Assembly (NCBI GenBank): GCA_041548485.1
Contig: JBFESP010000006.1
Location: 19,895-83,894 of the forward strand
DNA: 64,000 nt
Reading direction: 5' to 3'
From: Thermoplasmata archaeon
Lineage (GTDB): Archaea > Thermoplasmatota > Thermoplasmata > UBA10834
Shown piece by piece: positions 27,800 to 37,822 of the stretch. Position numbers and translations under genes: made by a program. Each line of letters opens with the position of its first letter. The stretch's first letter is position 1. The notes under the pieces were generated by a model. The model was not told the DNA's origin. It was given only the letters and a program-made list of their open reading frames with translations, and made no database searches.

Positions 27800-28585
27800 C
27801 TACGGGACCACCCCCGCAGGGATGGAGTACGACTCATCCACCTGGAATCCCGCGATGTTGATTTCCAGTATGACCGCGTCAGGGCTCGAGCCGGCCGGTA
27901 CGTCGAACTCAAGCGTTCCTGTGTGGAACCTCCCCAGTCTCACCGTTTCGGATGTCTCGGAGACCACACTGGACCCATCGAGGAGCGACGCCGTGAGGAT
28001 TGCCTCACTGGAGAGGATGTCGGATGTCACCACCCTGTAGTCTACCAGAAGCTGCATCGAGACTGGATCGAACCTGACGTCCTCGACCCCGACGTCCTGG
28101 ATGAGCGCGTCCCATGGGATGCTCACCGAGTATCTTGCGTCGAACTTCACCAGCTTCATCGTGTAGAAGCATGACACTTCGACGACGAAGTTGAGTAGGT
28201 CGTCGTTGAAGACCATCCATGTGAGCCCTTCGTTATACATTTCAAGCAGGTCGAAAGAGAACTCAATCTCGCCGTTGGAGACCGTGCCCGCTTTCATGGT
28301 GCCCAGTTCGATCACGTCCTGGGCAATGAGCACGTTCGTGTAGTTCGTCACCTCGTAGCGCAGCTCGAGGTCGTCCACGTCGTAGAACCCGCCGTTGTCT
28401 ATCGAGAAGGGCGCCGTGACTGTGACGACTCCCGAATCGTAGTCCCAGAGAATCTCGTTCGGCGACGGCAGATCGACCTTGAAGTCACCCGCGGGGAAAG
28501 GGTATATGCTGGTGAATGCAAGGAGGAAGATGACAAAGTTGACTGAAGCTACGCCGACATTGAGGGCTTTCGTACGTGTGGCCAT
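27800..28585 (-). CDS. Membrane-anchored extracellular beta-rich protein (possible LEA_2/WHy-like repeats), hypothetical
   Basis: N-terminal TM anchor followed by two beta-rich repeats (for example DLELRYEVTNYTNVLIAQDVIELGTMKAGTVSNGEIEFSF). The resemblance to LEA14-like domains is tentative. Confidence 0.5.
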   Translation of the reverse strand: MATRTKALNVGVASVNFVIFLLAFTSIYPFPAGDFKVDLPSPNEILWDYDSGVVTVTAPFSIDNGGFYDVDDLELRYEVTNYTNVLIAQDVIELGTMKAGTVSNGEIEFSFDLLEMYNEGLTWMVFNDDLLNFVVEVSCFYTMKLVKFDARYSVSIPWDALIQDVGVEDVRFDPVSMQLLVDYRVVTSDILSSEAILTASLLDGSSVVSETSETVRLGRFHTGTLEFDVPAGSSPDAVILEINIAGFQVDESYSIPAGVVP

Positions 28586-28647
28586 CAGTAATCCGCGCTA
28601 CTGGATTGCACTCCGGAATATAAGTAACATGAAGACGAGGCCGTTTG

Positions 28648-29976
28648 TCAGGAATCACCGCCACATGCAGGATAATCGTAGGCTTCTTCACCCTCGAAGA
28701 AGCAGTAGTGGACCTTCGTGAAATCGCGCTTGAACTCCCTGACGGAGTCCTTCACATCCGTCGGAGGCCCGGGTTTCATCACCACCCTGGAGATCAGTTC
28801 GGCGACATCGGTCATGTCATTCTCCTTCATCCCCAGTCTGGTGATCTCCTGGGAACCTATCCTGATACCGCTCGGTCTGACGGGGTCATCATCCCAAGGG
28901 AGCAGGTTCTTGTTGACGATGATGTTCGCGTCCTCGAGCGATTTCGCGACCTTCGCCCCACCATGATGCTCCTCGACATCCACAACGAGAGTGTGAGACT
29001 CCGTGAAACCGTTCGGCTCACACAGCACGTCGAACCCGCGCTCGTGCAGCGCCTGGGCCAGGGCCTTCGCGTTCCTTATCGTCTGATCTGCATAGGCCTC
29101 TCCGAACTCCCTGGTTTCGGCCAGCGCAACTGCCAGCGCGGCCACTGAATGAAGATGGTGGTTGCTCGTAACGCCAGGGAACACCCCCCTTCTGAGCGCG
29201 GACTGCATCCCCTCCTTGCTGAGGTCAGAGAGGATCATGCCGTGCTGCGGTCCTGGGAGGGTCTTATGGGTGCTCCCTGAGATGACGTCGACGCCCTCTC
29301 TGAGCGGGTCCTGGAACCTGTTGCCTGCGATCAGGCCGAGGACGTGGGCGGCGTCGTACCAGACTGTGCACCCTATCTCGTCCAGCGTGTCCTGTAGATC
29401 CTTCAGGGGAGTGGGAAACAGATACACGGACTGTCCGAATAATGCGGCCGTGGGTTTGATCTCCCTGAGGAGTCTTCTTGTTCCATCTGGGTCGATGTTC
29501 ATTGTCTTGTTGTCGAACGGATAGTGGTGGCCCCTCACGCCCCTAAGGCCTAGGGCGCCGATTTTGGCGTGGGATATGTGACCTCCGTCGGAGAGGCCCA
29601 CGGCAGTCATATTGTCCCCCGGTTTGACGACCGCCATCAGCACCGCGAGGTTCGCGACGGTTCCCGAGACGGGTCTGACATCAGCGAACCTGCATCTGAA
29701 CACCTCGCGGGCAAGCTCCTCACACGTGCTTTCTATCTCGTCGACGAATATGTTGCCCTGGTAGTATCTCTTGCCTGGAAGACCCTCTGCGTACCTGTTG
29801 TGGAGGTCGGAGTTCATCACTTCTCTGGCGGCGGGGCTGAGAACGTTCTCAGAGGCGATGAGTGGGAGCGCCTCCTTGAACCAGTTGTTGTGTTGACGTG
29901 TCGTCTCCCGTATGTGTTGGACGATCCCCTCTGATGTCTTCACGGGGTCGGAGAACCCGTCGAACATTAAAAACAT
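28648..29976 (-). CDS. glyA: Serine hydroxymethyltransferase
   Basis: LIASEN motif and PLP-lysine region (SGSTHKTLPGPQ). Start taken at the internal MFLMFDG ATG. The listed 5' extension runs into the promoter region. Confidence 0.95.
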   Translation of the reverse strand: MFLMFDGFSDPVKTSEGIVQHIRETTRQHNNWFKEALPLIASENVLSPAAREVMNSDLHNRYAEGLPGKRYYQGNIFVDEIESTCEELAREVFRCRFADVRPVSGTVANLAVLMAVVKPGDNMTAVGLSDGGHISHAKIGALGLRGVRGHHYPFDNKTMNIDPDGTRRLLREIKPTAALFGQSVYLFPTPLKDLQDTLDEIGCTVWYDAAHVLGLIAGNRFQDPLREGVDVISGSTHKTLPGPQHGMILSDLSKEGMQSALRRGVFPGVTSNHHLHSVAALAVALAETREFGEAYADQTIRNAKALAQALHERGFDVLCEPNGFTESHTLVVDVEEHHGGAKVAKSLEDANIIVNKNLLPWDDDPVRPSGIRIGSQEITRLGMKENDMTDVAELISRVVMKPGPPTDVKDSVREFKRDFTKVHYCFFEGEEAYDYPACGGDS

Positions 29977-30156
29977 ATTTGCCAGAACGCAGCCCCTGGT
30001 TGGCCCACTGTAGAGAATCGCGGCAAGCACAGGGGGAGGTCCGTGGAGGTTGAGGCTCGGGGGTCCAACGGTTCCACAGGAAGCGGTGGTCGGTGATTTT
30101 CTAGATAGCTATTTATAAGGTGTGCGACAATCCGTCATACGAGGCTCTGATAATAC

Positions 30157-30558
30157 ATGTCTGCCAGGTCTGCTCGTCTGAACGTCAGAATCCCGGAGGA
30201 CGACCTCAAGGAGCTCGAAGCCATACGGGAAAGGACTGGCCAGCAGACGGTTTCGGACGTCGTGAGGGATGCCATCGCCGCATATGTCGGCGATGAGGCG
30301 ATGTCCTGGAACTCGGACAAGATCACAGCGACGGTACCTTCTGCCCTCGCAGACGATGTTGACATGTTCATAGCCAGCGGAGACGCCAGTGATGTCTCTC
30401 AGGCCGTGACTCTAGCGCTCACGACATGGGTCGAGGAGAGGAAGCGCTACTACCTCGAGGGGAAGGACGCGATCAGAAGGAAGATCGCGGAGACTACGAA
30501 CGAACGCGACACGAGGAAGGGGATGTCCCGGGTCGCGTCGAAGATGAGGATCCAGTGA
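30157..30558 (+). CDS. Ribbon-helix-helix (CopG/Arc/MetJ-like) DNA-binding protein, possibly tandem RHH
   Basis: N-terminal RHH (LNVRIPEDDLKELEAIRERTGQQTVSDVVRDAIAAYV) and a second RHH-like segment (ITATVPSALADDVDMFIASGDASDVSQAVTLALTTWVEE). TATA GCTATTTATAAGG lies 40 nt upstream. Confidence 0.65.
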   Translation: MSARSARLNVRIPEDDLKELEAIRERTGQQTVSDVVRDAIAAYVGDEAMSWNSDKITATVPSALADDVDMFIASGDASDVSQAVTLALTTWVEERKRYYLEGKDAIRRKIAETTNERDTRKGMSRVASKMRIQ

Positions 30559-30647
30559 GTGCCCGGCAAGCCAGGGCACCGAGAGCCTCAGGCGAGAGAT
30601 GGTCGGGGGACCGCAGGTCGCCCGCTGTCAGGACGAAAGGGAAGGAT

Positions 30648-30718
30648 GGGCCTGTCTTTCAGGCCGCGGATGGGATGCACCGACGGGGGGGCTACGGCCC
30701 TCTCAAGGTATTTTTTCT
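30648..30718 (+). terminator. Hairpin (GGCCUG-UCUUU-CAGGCC) and T7 tract in convergent intergenic region
   Basis: Sits between the convergent RHH gene and pgi/pmi. T-rich run ATTTTTTCT at 30710-30718. A second hairpin GUGCCC...GGGCAC lies at 30559-30579. Confidence 0.35.
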
Positions 30719-30754
30719 ACATCAATGCAAGGCAGACTCCACGTGTCGATGGCT

Positions 30755-31801
30755 TCAACTGCCCTTTTCTGCGAGTATTTCCTTCAGGGCATCGATGGGC
30801 TCCGTCGTCGACGGGTCCTCTCCCCTCAGCAGGGCCGCGTATATGCTGACGAAGTCGCCGACGATCACAAGGGAGAACATCTTACCGAGGGTAGAGCGGC
30901 CCACGGCGTTTGAGACGAAGACCCTGACGCGATCTCTGAGCATATCCTTCGTGGCAGCGACCCTTCGTGCCATCGTTGCGTCGCACTCGTCGTGATCCAG
31001 GAATATCATCGAGTAGCCCTGGCTTCTGCCATCGCCGACCCAACCGACTATGCCGTTGTGGTCCATTTCAGGCAGTTCGTCGCTGAAGGCTATCATCTTC
31101 GCGTTCTCGTTGAACTGGTTCGCCCACCTCTTCGCCACCGGCACAGACGGACCGTATCCAATGGTCACAGGAACAGTCCCGTGCAACTCGTGCGCCAGCT
31201 TCTTTGCCGGGTTCTCCGAAGTCCGAGAGGCGGGGCCACAGTCGGAGATGATCCTGCGAAGAACGGCGGACGTCTCCTCCATGTCTTCCTTGGCTTCGGT
31301 TATCCCAGCGCTCTCGAGTATCCCCGCTATCGCGCCGAACACGTGGCCCACGGTCGCGCGCGGAACCAGGCCTGGCGGGACTCCACAGTGGACTATCCCC
31401 CTCTCCTCCGCGACCTCCCTCAACCTGCCCCCTGAGGAGACCGATACGACTTCAGCTCCGCGGGCGAACGCACTGTCGACCATGCTGAGCGTCTCTTCGG
31501 TATCGCCAGAGTAGCTCACGGCTATGACCAGGGAGCCGGAGCCCACATGCGCTGGGACGGAATAGGATCTTATCACGTCACACGGGACACTGCAGGATTT
31601 CGACAGCCATGTGGATATCATGTCGCCACCTATCGCCGAGCCTCCCAGTCCGCAGATGACGATGTTCCTGATGTCGTCTTGCTCAATCTGTGCCGAGCGA
31701 CCGATGAGATTCGAGTCCCTGAGATGATTGGGCATGTCGGCCACCATCTGCAGCATGTCGCGTGTGTCGACCTTGCGGATGTGGTCGAGCGAATCGAGCA
31801 T
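30755..31801 (-). CDS. Bifunctional phosphoglucose/phosphomannose isomerase (SIS-domain, archaeal PGI/PMI)
   Basis: 348 aa. SIS domain with GLGGSAIGGD, and architecture of archaeal PGI/PMI. Confidence 0.8.
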   Translation of the reverse strand: MLDSLDHIRKVDTRDMLQMVADMPNHLRDSNLIGRSAQIEQDDIRNIVICGLGGSAIGGDMISTWLSKSCSVPCDVIRSYSVPAHVGSGSLVIAVSYSGDTEETLSMVDSAFARGAEVVSVSSGGRLREVAEERGIVHCGVPPGLVPRATVGHVFGAIAGILESAGITEAKEDMEETSAVLRRIISDCGPASRTSENPAKKLAHELHGTVPVTIGYGPSVPVAKRWANQFNENAKMIAFSDELPEMDHNGIVGWVGDGRSQGYSMIFLDHDECDATMARRVAATKDMLRDRVRVFVSNAVGRSTLGKMFSLVIVGDFVSIYAALLRGEDPSTTEPIDALKEILAEKGS

Positions 31802-31988
31802 GATGTCAGGGAAAAGGGGGCTGTAATAATAAACCTAGCTTCCAGAAGCCTATATTGCCGGCTGAGAGCACCACCGAAAAGGTAATATGCCCTTCCAGGA
31901 TAAGCAGCACCGCTGCCCATGTGGCCCACGGAGAGGATGGGGGTATACGACCTGTGCGACCGCCGCATGGATTCAGTGGGTGAGGCGT

Positions 31989-32729
31989 ATGAGCGGATCA
32001 GTTAGGGTTGGAACCGCAGAGGGGGGCTCGGAACCGGACTATATCGTCACGGCCAAGGATGTCACGAAGACCTATGACACCGGCAAGGTGAAGGTCGAGG
32101 CACTCCGAGGTGTGAGCATTTCAATCATGCGTGGAGAGATGGTGGCGGTGATGGGGCCGTCCGGGTGCGGCAAGACGACCCTCCTCAACTGCATGTCTGG
32201 ACTTGACGACCTTACTGACGGCGAGGTGGTCATAGGTGGAATACCACTCACATCGATGTCGGACCGCGAGCGCACCCGGTACAGGGCGAAGAAGATCGGA
32301 TTCATATTCCAGGCATACAACCTGCTCCCCGTCCTCACAGCGGCAGAGAACGTCGAACTCCCCCTGCTTCTGGGTGGGCGCAACCCAAAGGACGCCAGAG
32401 ACAGGGCTCTGCAGGCGCTGGATGCGGTGGGCCTGAGGGAGTGGGAGACCCACAAACCAGCCGAACTGTCCGGCGGGGAGCAGCAACGCGTAACGATTGC
32501 ACGATCACTGGTCAACGACCCGGAGATAGTATTCGGTGACGAGCCAACGGGAAATCTCGATAGCGAGATTTCAGGGGAGGTGATGACCCTCCTGAAGAGC
32601 CTCAACAAGAAGAACAGACAGACGTTCATAATCGTTACCCACGATTACAACGTGGGCAAGATGGCAGACAGAATCATCACCATGAGAGACGGCCGCGTGG
32701 AGAAGGAGTTCGTCCCCGCCCCGTTCTAA
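31989..32729 (+). CDS. ABC transporter ATP-binding protein (MacB/LolD-like)
   Basis: Walker A GPSGCGKTT, ABC signature LSGGEQQRV, Walker B IVFGDEPTG. Start at the internal ATG (MSGSVRV). Confidence 0.9.
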   Translation: MSGSVRVGTAEGGSEPDYIVTAKDVTKTYDTGKVKVEALRGVSISIMRGEMVAVMGPSGCGKTTLLNCMSGLDDLTDGEVVIGGIPLTSMSDRERTRYRAKKIGFIFQAYNLLPVLTAAENVELPLLLGGRNPKDARDRALQALDAVGLREWETHKPAELSGGEQQRVTIARSLVNDPEIVFGDEPTGNLDSEISGEVMTLLKSLNKKNRQTFIIVTHDYNVGKMADRIITMRDGRVEKEFVPAPF

Positions 32730-32773
32730 GGAGGTGATTTGCCACGGACACCCTCCAGCAGCTCGCGGTCCTC

Positions 32774-35644
32774 GTGACGGTCGTCATCCTGGTCGTTGGC
32801 GCAATGGCATTCAGGAGGCGAGTCTTCGCGCGCATGGCGATCAGGAACATCTCGCGAAGGAAGAGATTCGTGGTGATAATCGTCTCGGGACTGTTGATTG
32901 CCACGGCCATGATATCGGGATCACTGGTCGTGGGGGACACTCTCGACTACATAATCAAACAGGAGACTTTCGACAACACCGGCGAGGTCGACATAGTCTT
33001 GTATGCCACCGACGAGGCTGGCGACATGACATACTTCAACCAGAGCATCGCCGCCGACCTCATGTCCGCGGTCGATGCCGGGGATCTGCCGCATGTGGAC
33101 AAGGCTGCCCCGGCGGTCAGAGAATGGCTGCCCGTCATCAACCCCAGGCTCAACTCATCCTCCTCGCAGGTGACCATCTTCGGCTTCGACCCATCCAGCA
33201 CGGTCAACAACCTTCTCGGCGAGAGCGGATCTCCGGTCACCGCAGATATGGTGGAGAACGGCAGCGCCGTAATCAACTCGGAGCTCGCTGAGGACCTGGA
33301 GGCGGTCATCGGCGACACAGTCATAGTGTTCAACGCCACGGGTGTGCCCATACCGTTCACGGTCGCGGGCATCGCCCAGGATTCGGGCATGGCGCTCTGG
33401 TACGGAGACGCGATACTCTTCGCAGAGCTGTCCTTCGTGCAGGCCACCATTGGTACCGGACCTGGTCTCATCAACCAGATAGATGTATCGAACGTCGGAG
33501 GGATAGAGGACGGATACCTGGTGACGGACGAGGCGGTTGTGGAGCTGAAGGCTGAACTGCCCTCCGATGTATCCTTCGAGCTCTCCGAGGTGAAGAAGGA
33601 CGGCATAGAGACCGCCCAGGAGACCTCGGATCAGGTGTCGCAGATATTCGTCGTCATGAGCTCTTTCGCGATAATCGCTGGCATCATGCTCATCATCAAC
33701 ATATTCGTCATGCTGGCCGAAGAGAGGAAACCCGAGATGGGGATATCACGGGCCATCGGCATGAAGCGTGGCGACCTCACGCAGACCTTTCTCTTCGAGG
33801 GCACCGTGTACGCGCTGATAGCGTCCGCGGTCGGAACCTTCGTGGGGCTCATCATCGCGGGGATAATGGTGGCTGCCTTCTCCATGGTCATGGCGGGGGA
33901 AGGGCTGACTTTCGTCATCCACTTCACATGGGAGAGCCTGGGTGTCGCCGCCTGCATGGGGTTCCTCATCACACTTGCCACAGTGGCGCTTGCCTCCTGG
34001 AGGGTGAGCAAGCTGAACATCGTCCGGGCGATAAGGGACATACCTGAACCGGTCCTGGCCAAGTCGGAGAAGAGGTATGTCCTCCTGGGGATTCTCTCCG
34101 TAGCGTTTGGCGTCGTTCTTACCGTCGTAGGGGCCCAGTCCCATCAGGCGGCCCTGACATCCTCCGGACCCAGCCTGGCCGCCTTAGGAGTCGCCATGCT
34201 CGCCGTGAGGTTCGTGAGCCCGAGGATGCCGTTCACGATTGCAGGCGCCTTCGTGATGTTCTGGACTCTAGACCCGTTCAACATCCAGGAGTACGTCTTC
34301 GGGGCGGTCACTGGCGACATGGAGATGTTCATTGTGACCGGGGTCCTCCTCGTCACCGGAGGAGTCATCGTATCCATCTTCAACAGCGACCTGTTGCTCG
34401 AGAGCGTGACGAGTATCTTCGGACGAGGAGGTTCGCGCCTTCCGATCCTCAAGTCTGCCATCAGCTACCCGATGAACAAGAAGTTCCGGACTGGTCTGTC
34501 CCTGTTCATGTTCTCGCTGATAATGTTCACAGTCGTCGTCATCGCCATGATGGCGTCGTTCCAGAGGGAGAGCGTAGACACACTCACAGAGCAGTTCTCC
34601 GGTGGATACGACGTGATAGGCATAACCTTCAGGGACCTGCCGGACGACGAGATGGCATCTGGCCTTGACAGGCTGGACGAAGCGATAGGTGGGCCTGCAA
34701 TCGATAAGATGTCAGGGGCGCTGGTGGCCAACATCGGCCTTGTGCCGGAAGGAGAGAACGAATCGTACCAGCGGACCCTGATAGGATTCGATGACGTGGT
34801 AATCGAAGGGGGAGGATTCTCCCTTGCGGATAGGTCGACTGACTACCAGACGGACGCGGATGCGTGGTCTGCGCTCGCGACCGACCACAGCGTCGCCATC
34901 GTGGACGGCAGCGCGATACCACAGATGTATGGCAGCTTCGGATCCCTTAGCCTCGATGTAGGCCAGACAATCACCGTGACGGTATTCAACGGCACGACAG
35001 TTGACCTGACGGTGATCGGGGTAATGGACCAGATGTTCCTCCAGGGCATCTTCATATCAGATGATTTCGTGGCCGAGCTTGCGCCTTCGAGCGCGAAGAG
35101 GCTTCACTACTTCTCGATCGAGGAGGGGACGGGGCTGACGAACGCCGAGGTCGCCGAGCAGATCGAGAGAGTGTTCGTCGAGTACGGCATGACGACGATA
35201 GTGATCAGGGACACAATCGAGATGGTGTTCAGCATGGTGGCGTCGATCATGCAATTAATGGAGATATTCCTCGGGATGGGACTGATCGTGGGCATAACTG
35301 GCCTCGGCATCATAACAATCCGGAACGTCGCCGAGAGGAGGCAGGAGATCGGCGTGATGAGGGCTATCGGGTATCAGAGGGACATGATATTGAAATCCTT
35401 CGTCCTGGAGACTTCGTTCGTGTCTCTCCTCGGCATAATACTCGGGTTGGTGCTTGGTCTCGCCTTGTCGTACCAGCTTCATAGCTGGGGGGGGTTCTCC
35501 GAGGTCTCTCCGTTCGTCATCCCGTGGTTCGACATAATCCTCGTGACTGTGATCGCATTCTCCGTCACACTGCTGTCCACGTTGCCGCCCTCCAGAGCAG
35601 CAGCCAGACTGGCTCCTGCTGAGGCTTTAAGAAGGATAGACTGA
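32774..35644 (+). CDS. ABC transporter permease with two FtsX-like domains and large extracytoplasmic domains (MacB-type)
   Basis: 956 aa. N-terminal TM helix, extracellular domain, a 4-TM FtsX module, a second extracellular domain, and a C-terminal 4-TM FtsX module. GTG start after a GGAGGTGA RBS. Confidence 0.85.
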   Translation: MTVVILVVGAMAFRRRVFARMAIRNISRRKRFVVIIVSGLLIATAMISGSLVVGDTLDYIIKQETFDNTGEVDIVLYATDEAGDMTYFNQSIAADLMSAVDAGDLPHVDKAAPAVREWLPVINPRLNSSSSQVTIFGFDPSSTVNNLLGESGSPVTADMVENGSAVINSELAEDLEAVIGDTVIVFNATGVPIPFTVAGIAQDSGMALWYGDAILFAELSFVQATIGTGPGLINQIDVSNVGGIEDGYLVTDEAVVELKAELPSDVSFELSEVKKDGIETAQETSDQVSQIFVVMSSFAIIAGIMLIINIFVMLAEERKPEMGISRAIGMKRGDLTQTFLFEGTVYALIASAVGTFVGLIIAGIMVAAFSMVMAGEGLTFVIHFTWESLGVAACMGFLITLATVALASWRVSKLNIVRAIRDIPEPVLAKSEKRYVLLGILSVAFGVVLTVVGAQSHQAALTSSGPSLAALGVAMLAVRFVSPRMPFTIAGAFVMFWTLDPFNIQEYVFGAVTGDMEMFIVTGVLLVTGGVIVSIFNSDLLLESVTSIFGRGGSRLPILKSAISYPMNKKFRTGLSLFMFSLIMFTVVVIAMMASFQRESVDTLTEQFSGGYDVIGITFRDLPDDEMASGLDRLDEAIGGPAIDKMSGALVANIGLVPEGENESYQRTLIGFDDVVIEGGGFSLADRSTDYQTDADAWSALATDHSVAIVDGSAIPQMYGSFGSLSLDVGQTITVTVFNGTTVDLTVIGVMDQMFLQGIFISDDFVAELAPSSAKRLHYFSIEEGTGLTNAEVAEQIERVFVEYGMTTIVIRDTIEMVFSMVASIMQLMEIFLGMGLIVGITGLGIITIRNVAERRQEIGVMRAIGYQRDMILKSFVLETSFVSLLGIILGLVLGLALSYQLHSWGGFSEVSPFVIPWFDIILVTVIAFSVTLLSTLPPSRAAARLAPAEALRRID

Positions 35645-35670
35645 TACCTTCGGGATAGTAGCTACAACAT

Positions 35671-35683
35671 CCATATTATCAGG
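35671..35683 (+). promoter_or_regulatory. TATA box (CCATATTATCAGG) for rib operon, leaderless ribB
   Basis: 17-29 nt upstream of the ribB ATG. Confidence 0.45.
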
Positions 35684-35699
35684 ATGCGGCATCGTCGAA

Positions 35700-36406
35700 A
35701 TGATGGCTTCAGCCACCGTGCTAAAAGCATTGGACGCCTTGACAACGGGCCGTTTCGTCCTCGTCTACGACGCCGACGGGAGGGAGGAGGAAACGGACAT
35801 GGTCATAGCGTCGCAGCACATCACGTCGCAGGCCGTACGGACGATGCGCAAGGACGCGGGCGGGCTGATATGCACGACGGCCGACTCGACCATCCAGGAA
35901 GCTCTCGGCCTGCCGTTCCTTTCGGAGATATTCAAGGACATGGGCGCGAAATTCCCCGTGATGGACGAACTCATACCCGACGACATCCCCTACGACGTCA
36001 AATCCGCCTTCGGCATAACCATCAACCACAGGAAGACTTTCACCGGTATCACCGACAACGACCGCTCGCTCACCATCAGGGAGTTCTCCAACCTCGCCCG
36101 CGAAGCCGTCTCCAAAGGGGACGGATGGGGCAAGAGGGAGCTGGGGAAGGGGTTCCGGGCGCCTGGCCACGTCCATCTGCTGAATACGTCCTCCAGGATT
36201 CTGGAGACCCGGTTCGGACACACCGAACTCTCGACGGCCCTGGTCATCATGGCGGGGCTCGTGCCGTCCGCGACGGTGTGCGAGATGATGGGCGACGACG
36301 GGAACGCCCTTCCGAAGGCAGAGGCAATCGCCTACGCTGAGGAGAACGGCCTGGTCTACCTCGACGGGCTGGACATCGTCTCCGCCTGGAAGGAATTCCG
36401 GACGAG

Positions 36407-36410
<4 letters not shown>
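35700..36410 (+). CDS. ribB: 3,4-dihydroxy-2-butanone 4-phosphate synthase
   Basis: 236 aa. DHBP synthase motifs (VLVYDADGREEETDMVIASQH, RAPGHVHLL). Confidence 0.9.
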
Positions 36411-37332
<922 letters not shown>

Positions 37333-37353
37333 GATCATGACATCGGCAGGAGG

Positions 37354-37776
37354 ATGAGAGAGATGGCGAAGAGATACAGTATAGGCATCGTGTGCAGCGA
37401 GTTCAACTTCGACCTCACACAGACGATGCTCGAAAGGGCGAAGGAACACGCGAAGTTCCTGGATGTGGACGTTGCGAAGGTCATGAGGGTACCAGGAGTA
37501 TTCGACATACCCCTGGCCGTGAAGTCACTGATGAAGGACGAGTCCATAGAGGCCGTCGTGACCATCGGTGCGGTCATCGAGGGGGAGACCGAGCACGACC
37601 AGGTGGTCATAGCCCAGGCTGCCAGGAAGATAACGGACCTCGCGGTGGAGTACGAGAAACCCGTCGGGCTCGGGATAACGGGCCCAGGCATGAGCAGACT
37701 CCAGGCTGAGGACAGGATCGAGCGGGCGAAGGACGCCGTGGAATCCGTCGTCAAGCAGCTCAAGATGCTCGGGTGA
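37354..37776 (+). CDS. ribH: 6,7-dimethyl-8-ribityllumazine synthase
   Basis: 140 aa. Lumazine synthase fold motifs (IGIVCSEFN, VPGVFDIPLAV, TIGAVIEGET). Confidence 0.9.
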   Translation: MREMAKRYSIGIVCSEFNFDLTQTMLERAKEHAKFLDVDVAKVMRVPGVFDIPLAVKSLMKDESIEAVVTIGAVIEGETEHDQVVIAQAARKITDLAVEYEKPVGLGITGPGMSRLQAEDRIERAKDAVESVVKQLKMLG

Positions 37777-37822
37777 ACTCCGTCCCGCCAACCGTGAGGG
37801 CGTCGGTCATGGAGCGTTAGAC

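Noticed and set aside
30040-30140. tRNA gene in the glyA/RHH intergenic region and in other spacers (11306-11554, 24558-24895, 47345-47593)
   Set aside because: No GTTCRAATC T-loop consensus, and no 7-bp acceptor stem pairing at about 72-nt spacing, found on either strand.
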